Program-made: the position numbers and the translations under genes
Assembly (NCBI GenBank): GCA_965644295.1
Contig: CBFFRP010000370.1
Span: 178,881 to 242,880, forward strand
Length of the DNA stretch: 64,000 nucleotides
Source of the DNA: Paraphysomonas bandaiensis
Lineage: Eukaryota; Protista; Chrysophyceae
Reading direction: 5' to 3'
In this document: positions 40,916 to 53,541 of the stretch, piece after piece
Layout of the letters: each line of letters starts with the position of its first letter
Position numbering within the stretch: the stretch's first letter is position 1
The notes under the pieces: generated by a model
Databases searched by the model: none
The model's input: the letters and a program-made list of their open reading frames with translations, nothing else
Told to the model about the DNA's origin: nothing

Positions 40916-42408
40916 GGGAAATATTATTTAACCTACTCAATTTGGTTGACAAACCTAGTCATACCAAAATTGGTGGAATAACCTAGTATTAGTAAGAAAT
41001 GGCTCAACCTAGTCGTTCGTATATCCTATGATTACGCACTGTGACTGTCTAAGATACAATTTACACCACACAATAATATATTAATGGCTTACAGAGCATT
41101 AAAACAAACAGTCAAACATAACAATAAACTCGTATATACATATCTATTTAACATAGATGTATGTCTATCTATAGCTTATAACTATATAGCGATGGGTCTC
41201 CAGTGAGTGTTATGTAAAAGAGGGGTTCATGAAGCTGTGGATATAGCTCACACTATGATCTGCAGGACATCTTGAGACCTTCATGTGCTGTGAGCGATAG
41301 CGTTTATCTTCCTTCATTTCAAGTGGACTGTATAGAGCTCCAGCAGAATTTCAGTATCGTGAGGAGTGTGTCGTGCGATGGAGCGATTAGTCATACAGTA
41401 TCATGAGGTGTGTGTCGCGCAGTGGATCCATTATACATTATTATAGGCACCACAGTACATATATATATGTTGTAAAGGAGAGCTCTTACATATATAATAT
41501 CTGATTATTACAACATAAGAAAGGCTGTGTCTAGTATTCGTAAGTAGTGTGGCTATGGATTTAAGGAGCTATGAAATTCGCTACTTGGGGAGTGGAGTAG
41601 GTGGCGTGTAAGTGAGAGTCGGCTAGTTCCTGTGTTAGGGGTGCTGTCTATGGCAAGTAGCAGCTGTTTCCGGAGTGGATGTGCAGGCCTGGACCGTGGG
41701 CGGGATACAGTATTACAGGCACCACAGTATATATATGCTGTAAAGGAGATCTCTTACAAAATCAAGAGAAAAGTCTATGTTGCTATCGCTCTTGTCTACA
41801 ACTGTCCGCGGCTGCGGGCTGCGGGCTGCGGGATAGCCGCAATTGATCCTACTCTCTAGCCGTACATTACTTGTGTGGTATACGCAGTTTATGACTCGAC
41901 AGAATTAGATACAATAGATAATATAATAGTAAATTTACAAGGTCAAATAACAAGTAATGACACAGATATAACAAACTTACAATCTCAAAATACAACATTA
42001 CAGAACAATATAAATACTAAACATGATTTAATCGATGTAAATAATAAACTTGATTCATCATTAGTATATGATTCAAGATATATATATATACTCTGCATAT
42101 ATATATTAGAAAGCTGTGGATCTGCACCGGACATGGTTACAAGAAACTGTCCAATTTTCATTGACATGTGACGTTGAAATGTGATGTGTGACGTGTATAT
42201 AATATCTACATTCATTAATTGATGGCTAGAGTATGCTCCCATGTTTGAATAAAAATTTTCATTTTTGACTAGGTGAAAACCATAAACACCTAGTCAATCT
42301 AGTCAGTGTAAACTGAAATATGAATTATTAAATGACTAGGTTTGTACATCAATTTTAGTATGGCTAGGAAATTACACCAAATTGACTATAGGTCCAATAA
42401 TAGATCCC
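40916..42408. mobile_element. Non-autonomous Mutator-like element (Pack-MULE-like) with captured coding fragment
   Basis: 9-bp TSD ATATATTTT at 40907-40915 and 42409-42417; imperfect ~70-100 bp TIRs starting GGGA and containing repeated CCTAGT; no transposase. Confidence 0.8.
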
Positions 42409-45400
42409 ATATATTTTTAACACTTTATATTGCGATATCTGTATTCACTCTGCGATATCTGCATTATTATATAGTGTACTGCTTCTAATCATAGCTGCAA
42501 ATGAAAAAGCAATATAAGTCTATTATTGTCAACCAGGGTGGAGGAGCAGCAGAAGAAACGACCCCCGAAGAGGTTAAAGGTGTGTTTTAGTGGGTGAAAA
42601 TTCCACATATAGTTGACTGCTAGTTATACATGTATCTTTAAAAGATTTCACATCTATTTTACCTATGGGACTAGATAGTCATAGCATAAAGATTACTGTG
42701 ATCACTGTTGTTTTGTCTCACTGCAATCTACATTGAGTGGGAGTATTAGAATATGGATCTTATTCAAGTATATTCAGTATATGTCACTTGAAAACGATGT
42801 ACAAATGCTGTGATAATATTGTGAAACTGAAATAGTTTGATCTTTCAAGATATGCTTAGTAACGAGAGGTCGCATATGTAGGAGATTATGCGTGGAACAA
42901 AATGAGTCTGTGTTGTTTATCACAACTTCGTGTAAACGATATTAATAAATAACGACAAGTTTTCTCTGAGATCTAGTTAAGAATGAGCACTTTCCAGCAA
43001 TTATAAATTATTATAGATCAGAATAAAAAATGGTACCACAATGCACTATCTACTTGTACTGAGAAACTTCAATTACTTTCTATAGTATCTTTGTAGTTTA
43101 ATACGTATAGTAAATCAGTATGTTAGTTTTATATATATACAATGAATATATATGATCTAGTGGCGAAAACACATTTACGTAAATAGGGGCATATATCCCA
43201 CGATTCGAACATCACGGAAAATTTCGCTTGATTATCTCTCATTGTCTTTCGACGGCCCTCACTGAGACGACTACATATAGCCGAGAGAAGTATACGTTGT
43301 GTTTTACATATAAAACATAACGCTGGTTGAAGAGTCCAACAAACCACATAAAGAAATTAAGAACATATATTTTAAATAAATGAGGTGAAAAAAATACGAG
43401 CATGTCACCCAACGTACAAATATGATGCAATCACCCTACAGCCCTTCAGCAGCCACAATGGCCGCTGAAATGATATCACGGGCACTAATTCTATAGTTCT
43501 GAAGAATTCCTTTCTCCCCAATATCAGCAATTTTAAAATCAAGTAATGTCACACGCATATTGACTTTAACGGACCATATTTCACCACGTACTGTTGAAAC
43601 CACAACAGGTCGGCCATATTCCAAAACACTCCAGATCTACGTTATAAAATCTATAAGAACAACCTATAGTGCATTTGATTTTTTACCTTATCCCCCCTGA
43701 AGAGAGACAGTGACACACCGGTGTCCACTTCCAGCTCGAATATTGCTACAATTTCTTCTGCTCCACGACCGGTCACGGTCCCAGCTCCTGAATTTTCCTT
43801 ATAACAACCCTCTTCGACTTCGCAACGACCCATCCTCCCTTCGAGCATGTCTCCAGTGAGTGTTATGTAAAAGAGGGGTTCATGAAGCTGTGGATATAGC
43901 TCACACTATGATCTGCAGGACATCTTGAGACCTTCATGTGCTGTGAGCGATAGCGTTTATCTTCCTTCATTTCAAGTGGACTGTATAGAGCTCCAGCAGA
44001 ATTTCAGTATCGTGAGGAGTGTGTCGTGCGATGGAGCGATTAGTCATACAGTATCATGAGGTGTGTGTCGCGCAGTGGATCCATTATACATTATTATAGG
44101 CACCACAGTACATATATATATGTTGTAAAGGAGAGCTCTTACATATATAATATCTGATTATTACAACATAAGAAAGGCTGTGTCTAGTATTCGTAAGTAG
44201 TGTGGCTATGGATTTAAGGAGCTATGAAATTCGCTACTTGGGGAGTGGAGTAGGTGGCGTGTAAGTGAGAGTCGGCTAGTTCCTGTGTTAGGGGTGCTGT
44301 CTATGGCAAGTAGCAGCTGTTTCCGGAGTGGATGTGCAGGCCTGGACCGTGGGCGGGATACAGTATTACAGGCACCACAGTATATATATGCTGTAAAGGA
44401 GATCTCTTACAAAATCAAGAGAAAAGTCTATGTTGCTATCGCTCTTGTCTACAACTGTCCGCGGCTGCGGGCTGCGGGCTGCGGGATAGCCGCAATTGAT
44501 CCTACTCTCTAGCCGTACATTACTTGTGTGGTATACGCAGTTTATGACTCGACAGAATTAGATACAATAGATAATATAATAGTAAATTTACAAGGTCAAA
44601 TAACAAGTAATGATACAGATATAACAAACTTACAAGCCCAAGATATAACATTACAGAACAGCATTGATACCAAACATGATATAATAGATGTAAATAATAA
44701 GTTGGATTCTTCATTGGTATATGATTCAAGATATATATATATACTCTGCATATATATATTAGAAAGCTGTGGATCTGCACCGGACATGGTTACAAGAAAC
44801 TGTCCAATTTTCATTGACATGTGACGTTGAAATGTGATGTGTGACGTGTATATAATATCTACATTCATTAATTGATGGCTAGAGTATGCTCCCATGTTTG
44901 AATAAAAATTTTCATTTTTGACTAGGTGAAAACCATAAACACCTAGTCAATCTAGTCAGTGTAAACTGAAATATGAATTATTAAATGACTAGGTTTGTAC
45001 ATCAATTTTAGTATGGCTAGGAAATTACACCAAATTGACTATAGGTCCAATAATAGATCCCATATATTTTTAACACTTTATATTGCGATATCTGCATTCA
45101 CTCTGCGATATCTGCATTATTATATAGTGTACTGCTTCTAATCATAGCTGCAAATGAAAAAGCAATATAAGTCTATTATTGTCAACCAGGGTGGAGGAGC
45201 AGCAGAAGAAACGACCCCCGAAGAGGTTAAAGGTGTGTTTTAGTGGGTGAAAATTCCACATATAGTTGACTGCTAGTTATACATGTATCTTTAAAAGATT
45301 TCACATCTATTTTACCTATGGGACTAGATAGTCATAGCATAAAGATTACTGTGATCACTGTTGTTTTGTCTCACTGCAATCTACATTGAGTGGGAGTATT

Positions 45401-46498
45401 AGAATATGGATCTTATTCAAGTATATTCAGTATATGTCACTTGAAAACGATGTACAAATGCTGTGATAATATTGTGAAACTGAAATAGTTTGATCTTTCA
45501 AGATATGCTTAGTAACGAGAGGTCGCATATGTAGGAGATTATGCGTGGAACAAAATGAGTCTGTGTTGTTTATCACAACTTCGTGTAAACGATATTAATA
45601 AATAACGACAAGTTTTCTCTGAGATCTAGTTAAGAATGAGCACTTTCCAGCAATTATAAATTATTATAGATCAGAATAAAAAATGGTACCACAATGCACT
45701 ATCTACTTGTACTGAGAAACTTCAATTACTTTCTATAGTATCTTTGTAGTTTAATACGTATAGTAAATCAGTATGTTAGTTTTATATATATACAATGAAT
45801 ATATATGATCTAGTGGCGAAAACACATTTACGTAAATAGGGGCATATATCCCACGATTCGAACATCACGGAAAATTTCGCTTGATTATCTCTCATTGTCT
45901 TTCGACGGCCCTCACTGAGACGACTACATATAGCCGAGAGAAGTATACGTTGTGTTTTACATATAAAACATAACGCTGGTTGAAGAGTCCAACAAACCAC
46001 ATAAAGAAATTAAGAACATATATTTTAAATAAATGAGGTGAAAAAAATACGAGCATGTCACCCAACGTACAAATATGATGCAATCACCCTACAGCCCTTC
46101 AGCAGCCACAATGGCCGCTGAAATGATATCACGGGCACTAATTCTATAGTTCTGAAGAATTCCTTTCTCCCCAATATCAGCAATTTTAAAATCAAGTAAT
46201 GTCACACGCATATTGACTTTAACGGACCATATTTCACCACGTACTGTTGAAACCACAACAGGTCGGCCATATTCCAAAACACTCCAGATCTACGTTATAA
46301 AATCTATAAGAACAACCTATAGTGCATTTGATTTTTTACCTTATCCCCCCTGAAGAGAGACAGTGACACACCGGTGTCCACTTCCAGCTCGAATATTGCT
46401 ACAATTTCTTCTGCTCCACGACCGGTCACGGTCCCAGCTCCTGAATTTTCCTTATAACAACCCTCTTCGACTTCGCAACGACCCATCCTCCCTTCGAG
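41196..46498. repeat. 2.65-kb tandem segmental duplication (41196-43845 and 43849-46498)
   Basis: Offset 2653 bp; 3-nt CAT at the junction; near-identical except 41961-42063 vs 44614-44716. Confidence 0.97.
43436..43845 (-). pseudogene. Duplicated 3' fragment of the prolyl 4-hydroxylase gene
   Basis: Identical to 46089-46498; lacks the catalytic exons. Confidence 0.85.
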
Positions 46499-48074
46499 AT
46501 GACTACGGTCTCGCTGCATGGAGAGGAATGGGCGCATCGGTCCATTCCACACCCACACAGTCGCCACCCACTTGATACCCTGGCATCGTTACACAGTGAG
46601 GATATCGCAAGGCCACACACCATGTAGATATTTACCTCTAATACCGGGCATCCTCCGTGCAGAGAGAGATAATCAAGTGTCAGATTAGGAGTCTGCGAGT
46701 AAAATAATACTGCCTGTAGCCTATGTGGCTTCACCAGCATTCCGCTCCTGAGAAATGTCAGCGCGACTCAGATATCAGACTAAACTGATTACCCACCCGC
46801 AGACTTTTGCTGCCTCCATCCCAGCGCTATCAAAAAAAACACAGATACTGAGAATACAGTAATCATTACTGTCAATGAGCCCACCTCACTCTTAACGCAT
46901 CGGTTTCGTTTGTTCTACGTCTTCTCCGTCCACCATCAGCTTCACTCTGTTCCCACCACTCCTCCGCCATCGGAAACGTCGTCTCCCCGCCCCTCGAAGT
47001 GTCTGTGAGATAAAATAAAACCGTTGCAAACCTGTTGGTTCCACTATCTGAAAATAGTTTAGTGTTCAGTCCAAGGCACAGCCGCGGAACCAACCGGCAA
47101 TATCCCAGTCGTGGTCCGCAAACTCTTCAGAATGTGGTGTGGGCGTGTGATAGTCTGACAGACATTGTGAGATGAAACAGACTTGAATTGTGTAGCATAT
47201 ACCATGATGTAAATTGTAGTACTCCCCCGAACCGTAACGAAGGATCTGAATCGGACCAACCCAGGTGTCATCGTACTGATGTATGCGTAACAACTCGAAA
47301 CATCGCTTCCGCAGAGTCAATGAGACCTGATAAAGCAAACAATTATGCTAATACAATCCGAACTAAACTCAAACCTCGGAGGTGTCATCCCATGCATTCT
47401 GGCTCGTTCGTATTGAAGTGACGCTTCTTGTTGTCCCAGTCACGGACCTGGATAGGCGATCATCCTCGTCCGTTATGGACAGCGCATGTTCCACTAACTC
47501 AGTAGCTTCACTATCGGATATGAGGTGCTCCACTGAGAATACTCTTGGAGACTGTGATAGAGTGATTAGCTCAACGGGACCCACCGATCCTTGTGATACA
47601 CTGATACCGGACACTTCCACACGATGCCCAAGCTCGAACGATGGCCATATGAACAGCCTGCCTTCTTCGACCAGCACCACAGAAGTGTTTGCAGTTATAT
47701 CGTGACAGCTGATGTCATCCAATCGCTCTCCGCTGACAGTATACAGCTGCGTATAAGTGACATGATATGATACAGGCGTCTCTACAAGATACGGACGCAC
47801 CCTCCCCTTCCCATAAGACAGATTAGAGGCGTGTAAGATGTACTCAGAGGGGCTCTTGAATGAGAGGCACTCATCAGAGTCGAACAGAGCGACTGCTTCT
47901 GTGTACCTCCACTCTCCATTAGAGTATACGGGGATCTACATACACAACTATGAGCACATACATACATACATATCACTCACAAGCAGCAGATAACAACACA
48001 ACAACACTCACATATTTCACACTCTTATCTCCGCATATGAGTGAGAGACAACAGAGGAAAGCACACCAGCGCAT
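46089..48074 (-). CDS. Prolyl 4-hydroxylase-like 2OG-Fe(II) oxygenase, secreted (multi-exon)
   Basis: LSQSPRVFSVEHLISDSE, RTSQNAWD, IQILRYGSGEYYNLHH/DY, NRFATVLFYLTD..GGETTFP, SLHGGCPVL, KWVATVWVWN; signal-peptide-like MRWCAFLCCLSL. Confidence 0.9.
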
Positions 48075-48877
48075 GGGCAGTATCTCTACCCTAACACAGT
48101 GGTGTTGAGATTATAACTCGCCCTGTATGCAGTACACTGAGAAGAGAGGCATGTATGCGCCGTACGTCTCTGCCTATACGTCCCGGTAGTCCGTCCCCCG
48201 TATACGGTATACATGTACAGTCAGTTCTCGATATCTGGATTTTTAAACAAAAACTGTCTTTTTTATAAATAAACCTGGGTTTTTTAATGGTAAAAATGTC
48301 CGTTATTGGAAAATTGTAACCCTATGGTACAATCCATTGACGATACAACCATAGCTGTACATGTGCATGGTGCTCCACCCCATCCACTGCAACTGTTCAT
48401 ACTGTATGCGTAAAGTCAATCGACAGTAATTGCTTTTGACAAGTGGCAGCAGACGGCCATTGTTGTAAAAACCCTTGTAGCAACATGCACAGAGTAAGCC
48501 CTCAGTGTATACTCTCTTCTATACGTAACACCTATATGCTGATCAATGCATAATATACTAACTTCTATCTTAGACAGTCACGGTATTACATAGCTACAGC
48601 ACTTTAGTTTATCTCATATATCTCATATATTTTATATAAATTTATATGATGCGGTCTTTAACTATTGTATTCTTCACTAACGGCTATAATTCAAAAACCA
48701 TGTACTACAGCGTTTAAAACGGCTTACCTACTTTCTACTTGTTAGCAAAATTTCTCTGATGACATCCTTCTGACCTTTTTTGGCTCTCTCCCGGACACAT
48801 TTTTCGATTCCTCTCATATATAATATAACTTTATACATAGTTGTTGGGCAAAGAAAAATCTAGTTTCTGCTCCATAT

Positions 48878-50883
48878 CAGGCTTGCGTAATGCGTAACAA
48901 TTAATTGGTTTTAAAAGTGTTAATTTCAATCAGGGCTAGGAAACAATATATTGCAATACTATTGTTAGAGAGCGTTCAATCAATACTATTGATGGAGATT
49001 TTAAACAGGCCCAACAATACAATTACAATATATTGCAATACTATTGTTAGAGAGCGTTCAATCAATACTATTGATGGAGATTTTAAACAGGCCCAACAAT
49101 ACAATTTCAATATATTGCAATATATTAGTATGACTAATCAGTAAGTAAACACATCCGTAGATTCTATTTTTAGTATTAGTCATTAAGATCACATGACAAC
49201 CAAACCAACAACTGCTTATAGCTACTAAAAGTCCACCTCGTCCTCATCCTCTGAGCCATTATCGGTGACGTCAACATCATCATATTCATTAACAGAATTT
49301 ATTGAAATATGCTAGTATTCGGCCACAACTGTCGAATCGCCTTCAGAAACAACAACATATTAAGTAGGATGGATACTTTTGCGAAACACTGATATAATAT
49401 GTTTAGCTGCGCTGAACAGACGCTCCCATGTATTGAAAGTACATACCAGGGCCTGGTAACCGTTAATGACCCGTGGACCTGTACGCTTCTTAAGTTTTTG
49501 AGCTGACTGAAGATTTTTATTCGCATAGTCAACATCAGTTTCATCATCCTTTGTAATGTTGTAATCAATTTCTCGGTTATTTATATCCATTTTGCACCCT
49601 ACAGTTGAGAATCTTCTCTTATATGACTATCATAATATTGATCGCAATATATTGCAATATATCGTGAGATACTTTAACAGAAACAATATTGATGGGATTT
49701 TTGGCCGGTCGACCAATCAATATATTTACAATATATTGTGCAATGTATTGCAATTCAATATATTGTTTCCTAGCCCTGATTTCAATTATTATTATTGGTA
49801 AATGTTGCCAATTAATTGCAATTAATTGGCTGGCTGAATTATATATAGCATCTAGCATCTTACGATATCTAGCTACTGGTCTTAGCTACTTATCATTTTA
49901 TTAATCTTAATTAGGGTTAGTATACACTTTTACCACGGCATGCAAGAGTAATATATCGTGTCAAATATCGTTGGCAAATAACAAGTAGCGCACCTTCATA
50001 ACGATCGTCTAGATACATAACATATATAATGTGATAGCATATTGAACTGCTTCGAAATATTCAAGTATAGTAGTGTAAATGACGTTATAAGTGTATTCGT
50101 TAGGTATCACTATCAGAGGAAGAGAAGTATGTGTTTGTGCAAGAATACCTTAATACAGATGATCCGTAGGGTGCGTGTACAACTATAATGGACTAGAAGC
50201 ATTGGATAGCCATATACATATCATTCTTTTTTATTCAACAGGATGGCATCGAATGAACAAATTTGATGATTTAAATCGTCAGTACCCTGGGATGATATTT
50301 CACCTCGGTGCAGACGCGAAAATTGTTCACAACGAGACTTCGAGAGAGTAGTAGTCAAAATTCAGCGCGGTAGGGAAGAGGAACTGAACCACGCTGAAAA
50401 AACACAGATGCGACGCTTTTTGATAAAAGATGTACCTGCACACGAAGGTTAACTTGATGAAGAGAAAGATGACGAGGGGGAAGATGAGGCCATTCGTTTA
50501 CTTAAAGACAACCGAAAGCGCCAAAAAGCACGTATCAAACTTCCAATACGATATCGTTGCATGAAGTACTTGTATAGCACTACCAACATGTTTGTGAGAG
50601 GTTTTTTAGCAGAGCTCAGATTGTCATGACTAGATTTTCGCAAGCGAATGACACTTAGACACCTTGAAATTAATAATGTTGAGTTTTCTGGGTGAAAATG
50701 TTAATGTTTCTTTGAGATGAGATTATAATTCAGAAAGTTATTCTAGAATCTATTAATAGAATTAAAGGTAATTAATTGGCAATCATTGCCAATAATTGGA
50801 TGCTTGATTAATAAAATTGCAATAATTATTGTTGGACACCTGTCACCAATTAATTGCCAATTAAAATTTGTTACACAAGCCTG
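48878..50883 (+). mobile_element. Non-autonomous hAT DNA transposon with decayed transposase C-terminus
   Basis: 8-bp TSD CTCCATAT (48870-48877, 50884-50891); TIR CAGGCTTG(C/T)GTAA; remnants HLGADAKIVHN, VVKIQRG, ERFFS at 50260-50670. Confidence 0.9.
48931..49778 (-). mobile_element. Second hAT element nested in the first
   Basis: TIR CAGGGCTAGGAAACAATATATTG; 8-bp TSD ATTTCAAT (48923-48930, 49779-49786); minus-strand ERLFSAAKHIISVFRKSIHP dimerisation-domain remnant. Confidence 0.92.
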
Positions 50884-51227
50884 CTCCATATACACATCAG
50901 ATGAGCACCCATATTTAAAATCAAGTCAAGTGTACAAGTATCATAATAGAACAGTGCTACGCTTTATCTCACAGAAGAAGCAACAGTGTTAGACGCCCTA
51001 CCTCTATCCATATCCTTGCATTTCTTGATTGCCCCGCCTTTGTTGTACTTTCTTCTATAGACATCATATTATTGAGACTTCAAGAAGGGCCTGTTCGCCT
51101 GTTCGACTTCGAGCACTTTTCTCTTAAATAGAGCAAGTCGGCCTCCTCCACTCTTTTGCTTCATCAGAGTGGTTTATTTGTATTTAGTTCCTATGATCAG
51201 TGCTACACAGCTTAAGCTGCTATATAT

Positions 51228-53238
51228 TGAATGTCTGATTATTTAGCAATAGGCGTTGAAAGCCTGCACCAATTAGTGGCTAGAAGAATGCTAGTCATAC
51301 TAGTTAGACTACTACCCGTAACTAATCAATACAAACTCTTTTATCCTACTATTTAACGCTACAGAAGCTGCTTGTGCGTCGCCGCAAGCACCAAGGTGCA
51401 ACCACTTCCGTTCTTAGTGTGTGTTATGAGGCTCGCCATGATCGTGTGTCCTGGGACTCACCGGCGCGTGTGATCTGGAGGTCTCCTCTTGGGATGAGAC
51501 TCCACTCGCTATATGATAGATAGCCTTATGTACCTCACGGGGACTGACTTATTAGCCTTATGGCAGTTAGGGGAAACAGTAATATGCCCTTCTGAGATTG
51601 GCGATCTGGTGGCCTTCCTTTAGGCATTGTTCCAAGTGGCTCGGAGGTATGTGGATGAAGGTCTTGCAAAAGGTTATGGCCTACTGTGAAGAAGCGTCGA
51701 AATCGGCTCTTTTGCTGTCTTAGCCAGCGGTAGAGAACACATGCAAGAGGGTGTATAGCTGTACAGGGGTGGGATGTGAGGGTCATCCGGTGTGTCCAGC
51801 TACAGGGAGTCGAGAGGGAGTGTGATGGTGCAAGAGAGGCAACATCTGATTGAGGGGAGTGAGACTGCGCAACAGAACAAGAGTCACTGAGGTCGAGTAC
51901 TCTGATAGACCTATGCACGAGATGATCGTGATGATGATGATGGTCTGGAGGAGACACTCGGACGTCCTCAGCTGCTCTTGTTAGTGTCTGTGTTGGTGCA
52001 GGGGGGTACAGACTGAGGCATAGAGAGTGTGTGTAAGGAAGATGACGGCAAGGTATCAGAGACGAAGGGAGGGGAGATGGTTTGTCTGGGGGTTTTCTAG
52101 GAGGAGGTAGAGTGTACTGTGTGTGTGTATGACACTGCAGTGGTGTTATGAGTGTGTTGGACAGAGAGAGAGAGCTGGTGATGTGTCCAACAGTACAGGT
52201 AGACAGGTACATGGACATGGTGATGTGTCCAACAGTACAGGTATACAGGTACATGGACATGGTGATGTGTCCAGCAGTACAGGTAGACAGGTACATGGAC
52301 ATGGTGATGTGTCCAACAGCAGTAGAGGTATACACGGAATGGTATACATCCTGTAGGACACAGTAGTACAGTAGTCGAGTATACCGTATGGAATACAGTG
52401 TCTATCCAATGAGATGGATGGGCTGTGGGGGTGATAGGTGAACAGGGTGAGGGGGTAGCCTGCTGGGTGGATGGACCACAGACAAACCATGTTGGGTTGG
52501 GTTGAGTGGGCGGCAGAAGGCAGCCCTGTTGCACAGTTGAGAGGGATCGAGAGTATTCAGTGATTGCATAGGGGGTCCATGGGGGTCGTTTTCGTGAGCC
52601 TGCTCGCACGAGCCATGTTCTGAGAGGTTGTAGCCGTAGAAAGCGATGGGTGAGACGAAGTTGTCTGCTGAGGGGATAGCACATAGGTGCGGTCAGCGCT
52701 GCATTGGTGCAGGCACGTGGTTTAACTGAAGTAGTTGAGTAGGGTGAAGGTTGCAAGGCCAGGCAGGGGGGCTTGGAGCGTGTACAACATGGTGTGACAG
52801 GTAATTTGTCAGAAGCGTGGTGGTCAACAAAATGCAGCAGTAAGGGAGTGTAAAAGGCCCTGGGCACACTGATGTGACTCAGCCACGGTCTCAATAGAGA
52901 CATTGGGCTTGGAGCTGGTTAATAGGGTGAAACTTTATGTTGGACTGTATTTGCCATCGTAGGGCAGAGAATATCTCTTAAGCTGCTGTTAACAAGCATC
53001 GGGGAATGGGCCCAGCTCAAAGTCATCCATGGTACTGGGCTGCCAAAAGTCAAGCATGGGCTGTTCAGCTAAAGGAAAGAGAGAGTGAAAGTGGTTGCAC
53101 CTTGGTGCTGGCGGTGACGCACAAGCAGCTTTCGTAGCGCCAAATAGTAGGATATCAGAGTTAAGCACTAGGTAGATAAATTGTTTAGCTATATTAGTTC
53201 TGACTTTTACACGCCTATTGCTAATAATCAGACATTCA
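51228..53238. mobile_element. ~2-kb element with non-identical inverted ends (longest member of the dispersed repeat family)
   Basis: Both ends read TGAATGTCTGATTAT(T)TAGCAATAGGCGT inward; C-rich minus-strand ORFs 51535-52335 and 52097-52903; 42-bp internal tandem repeat 52177-52320; no TSD seen. Confidence 0.7.
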
Positions 53239-53541
53239 TTACTGCAGAGATCCTTCTTAGATTTATGTGATAGCAAACCTCGAATTATATTAAATACCTA
53301 AACTAAACCACATACCCATACATATATTATCGACTACAAGAAGCATTAAAATTATTACCCATAATATAATGCTATAACTACCTTTGTGTTTTCAAAACAG
53401 TAACATTAGTCCAGCTAACACTACAAATTATCCAAATATATGATAATTTAAATTCAATAGCCAATACCCAGCAACAATCACAGATATCACGTAATACAGT
53501 CCCATTTGATAAAAACGCAAGGTGCAACCCGACAGTGGTGC

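Noticed and set aside
41961-44716. Diversity-generating retroelement TR/VR pair
   Set aside because: Differences are not adenine-specific, are largely synonymous, and no DGR-type RT is present.
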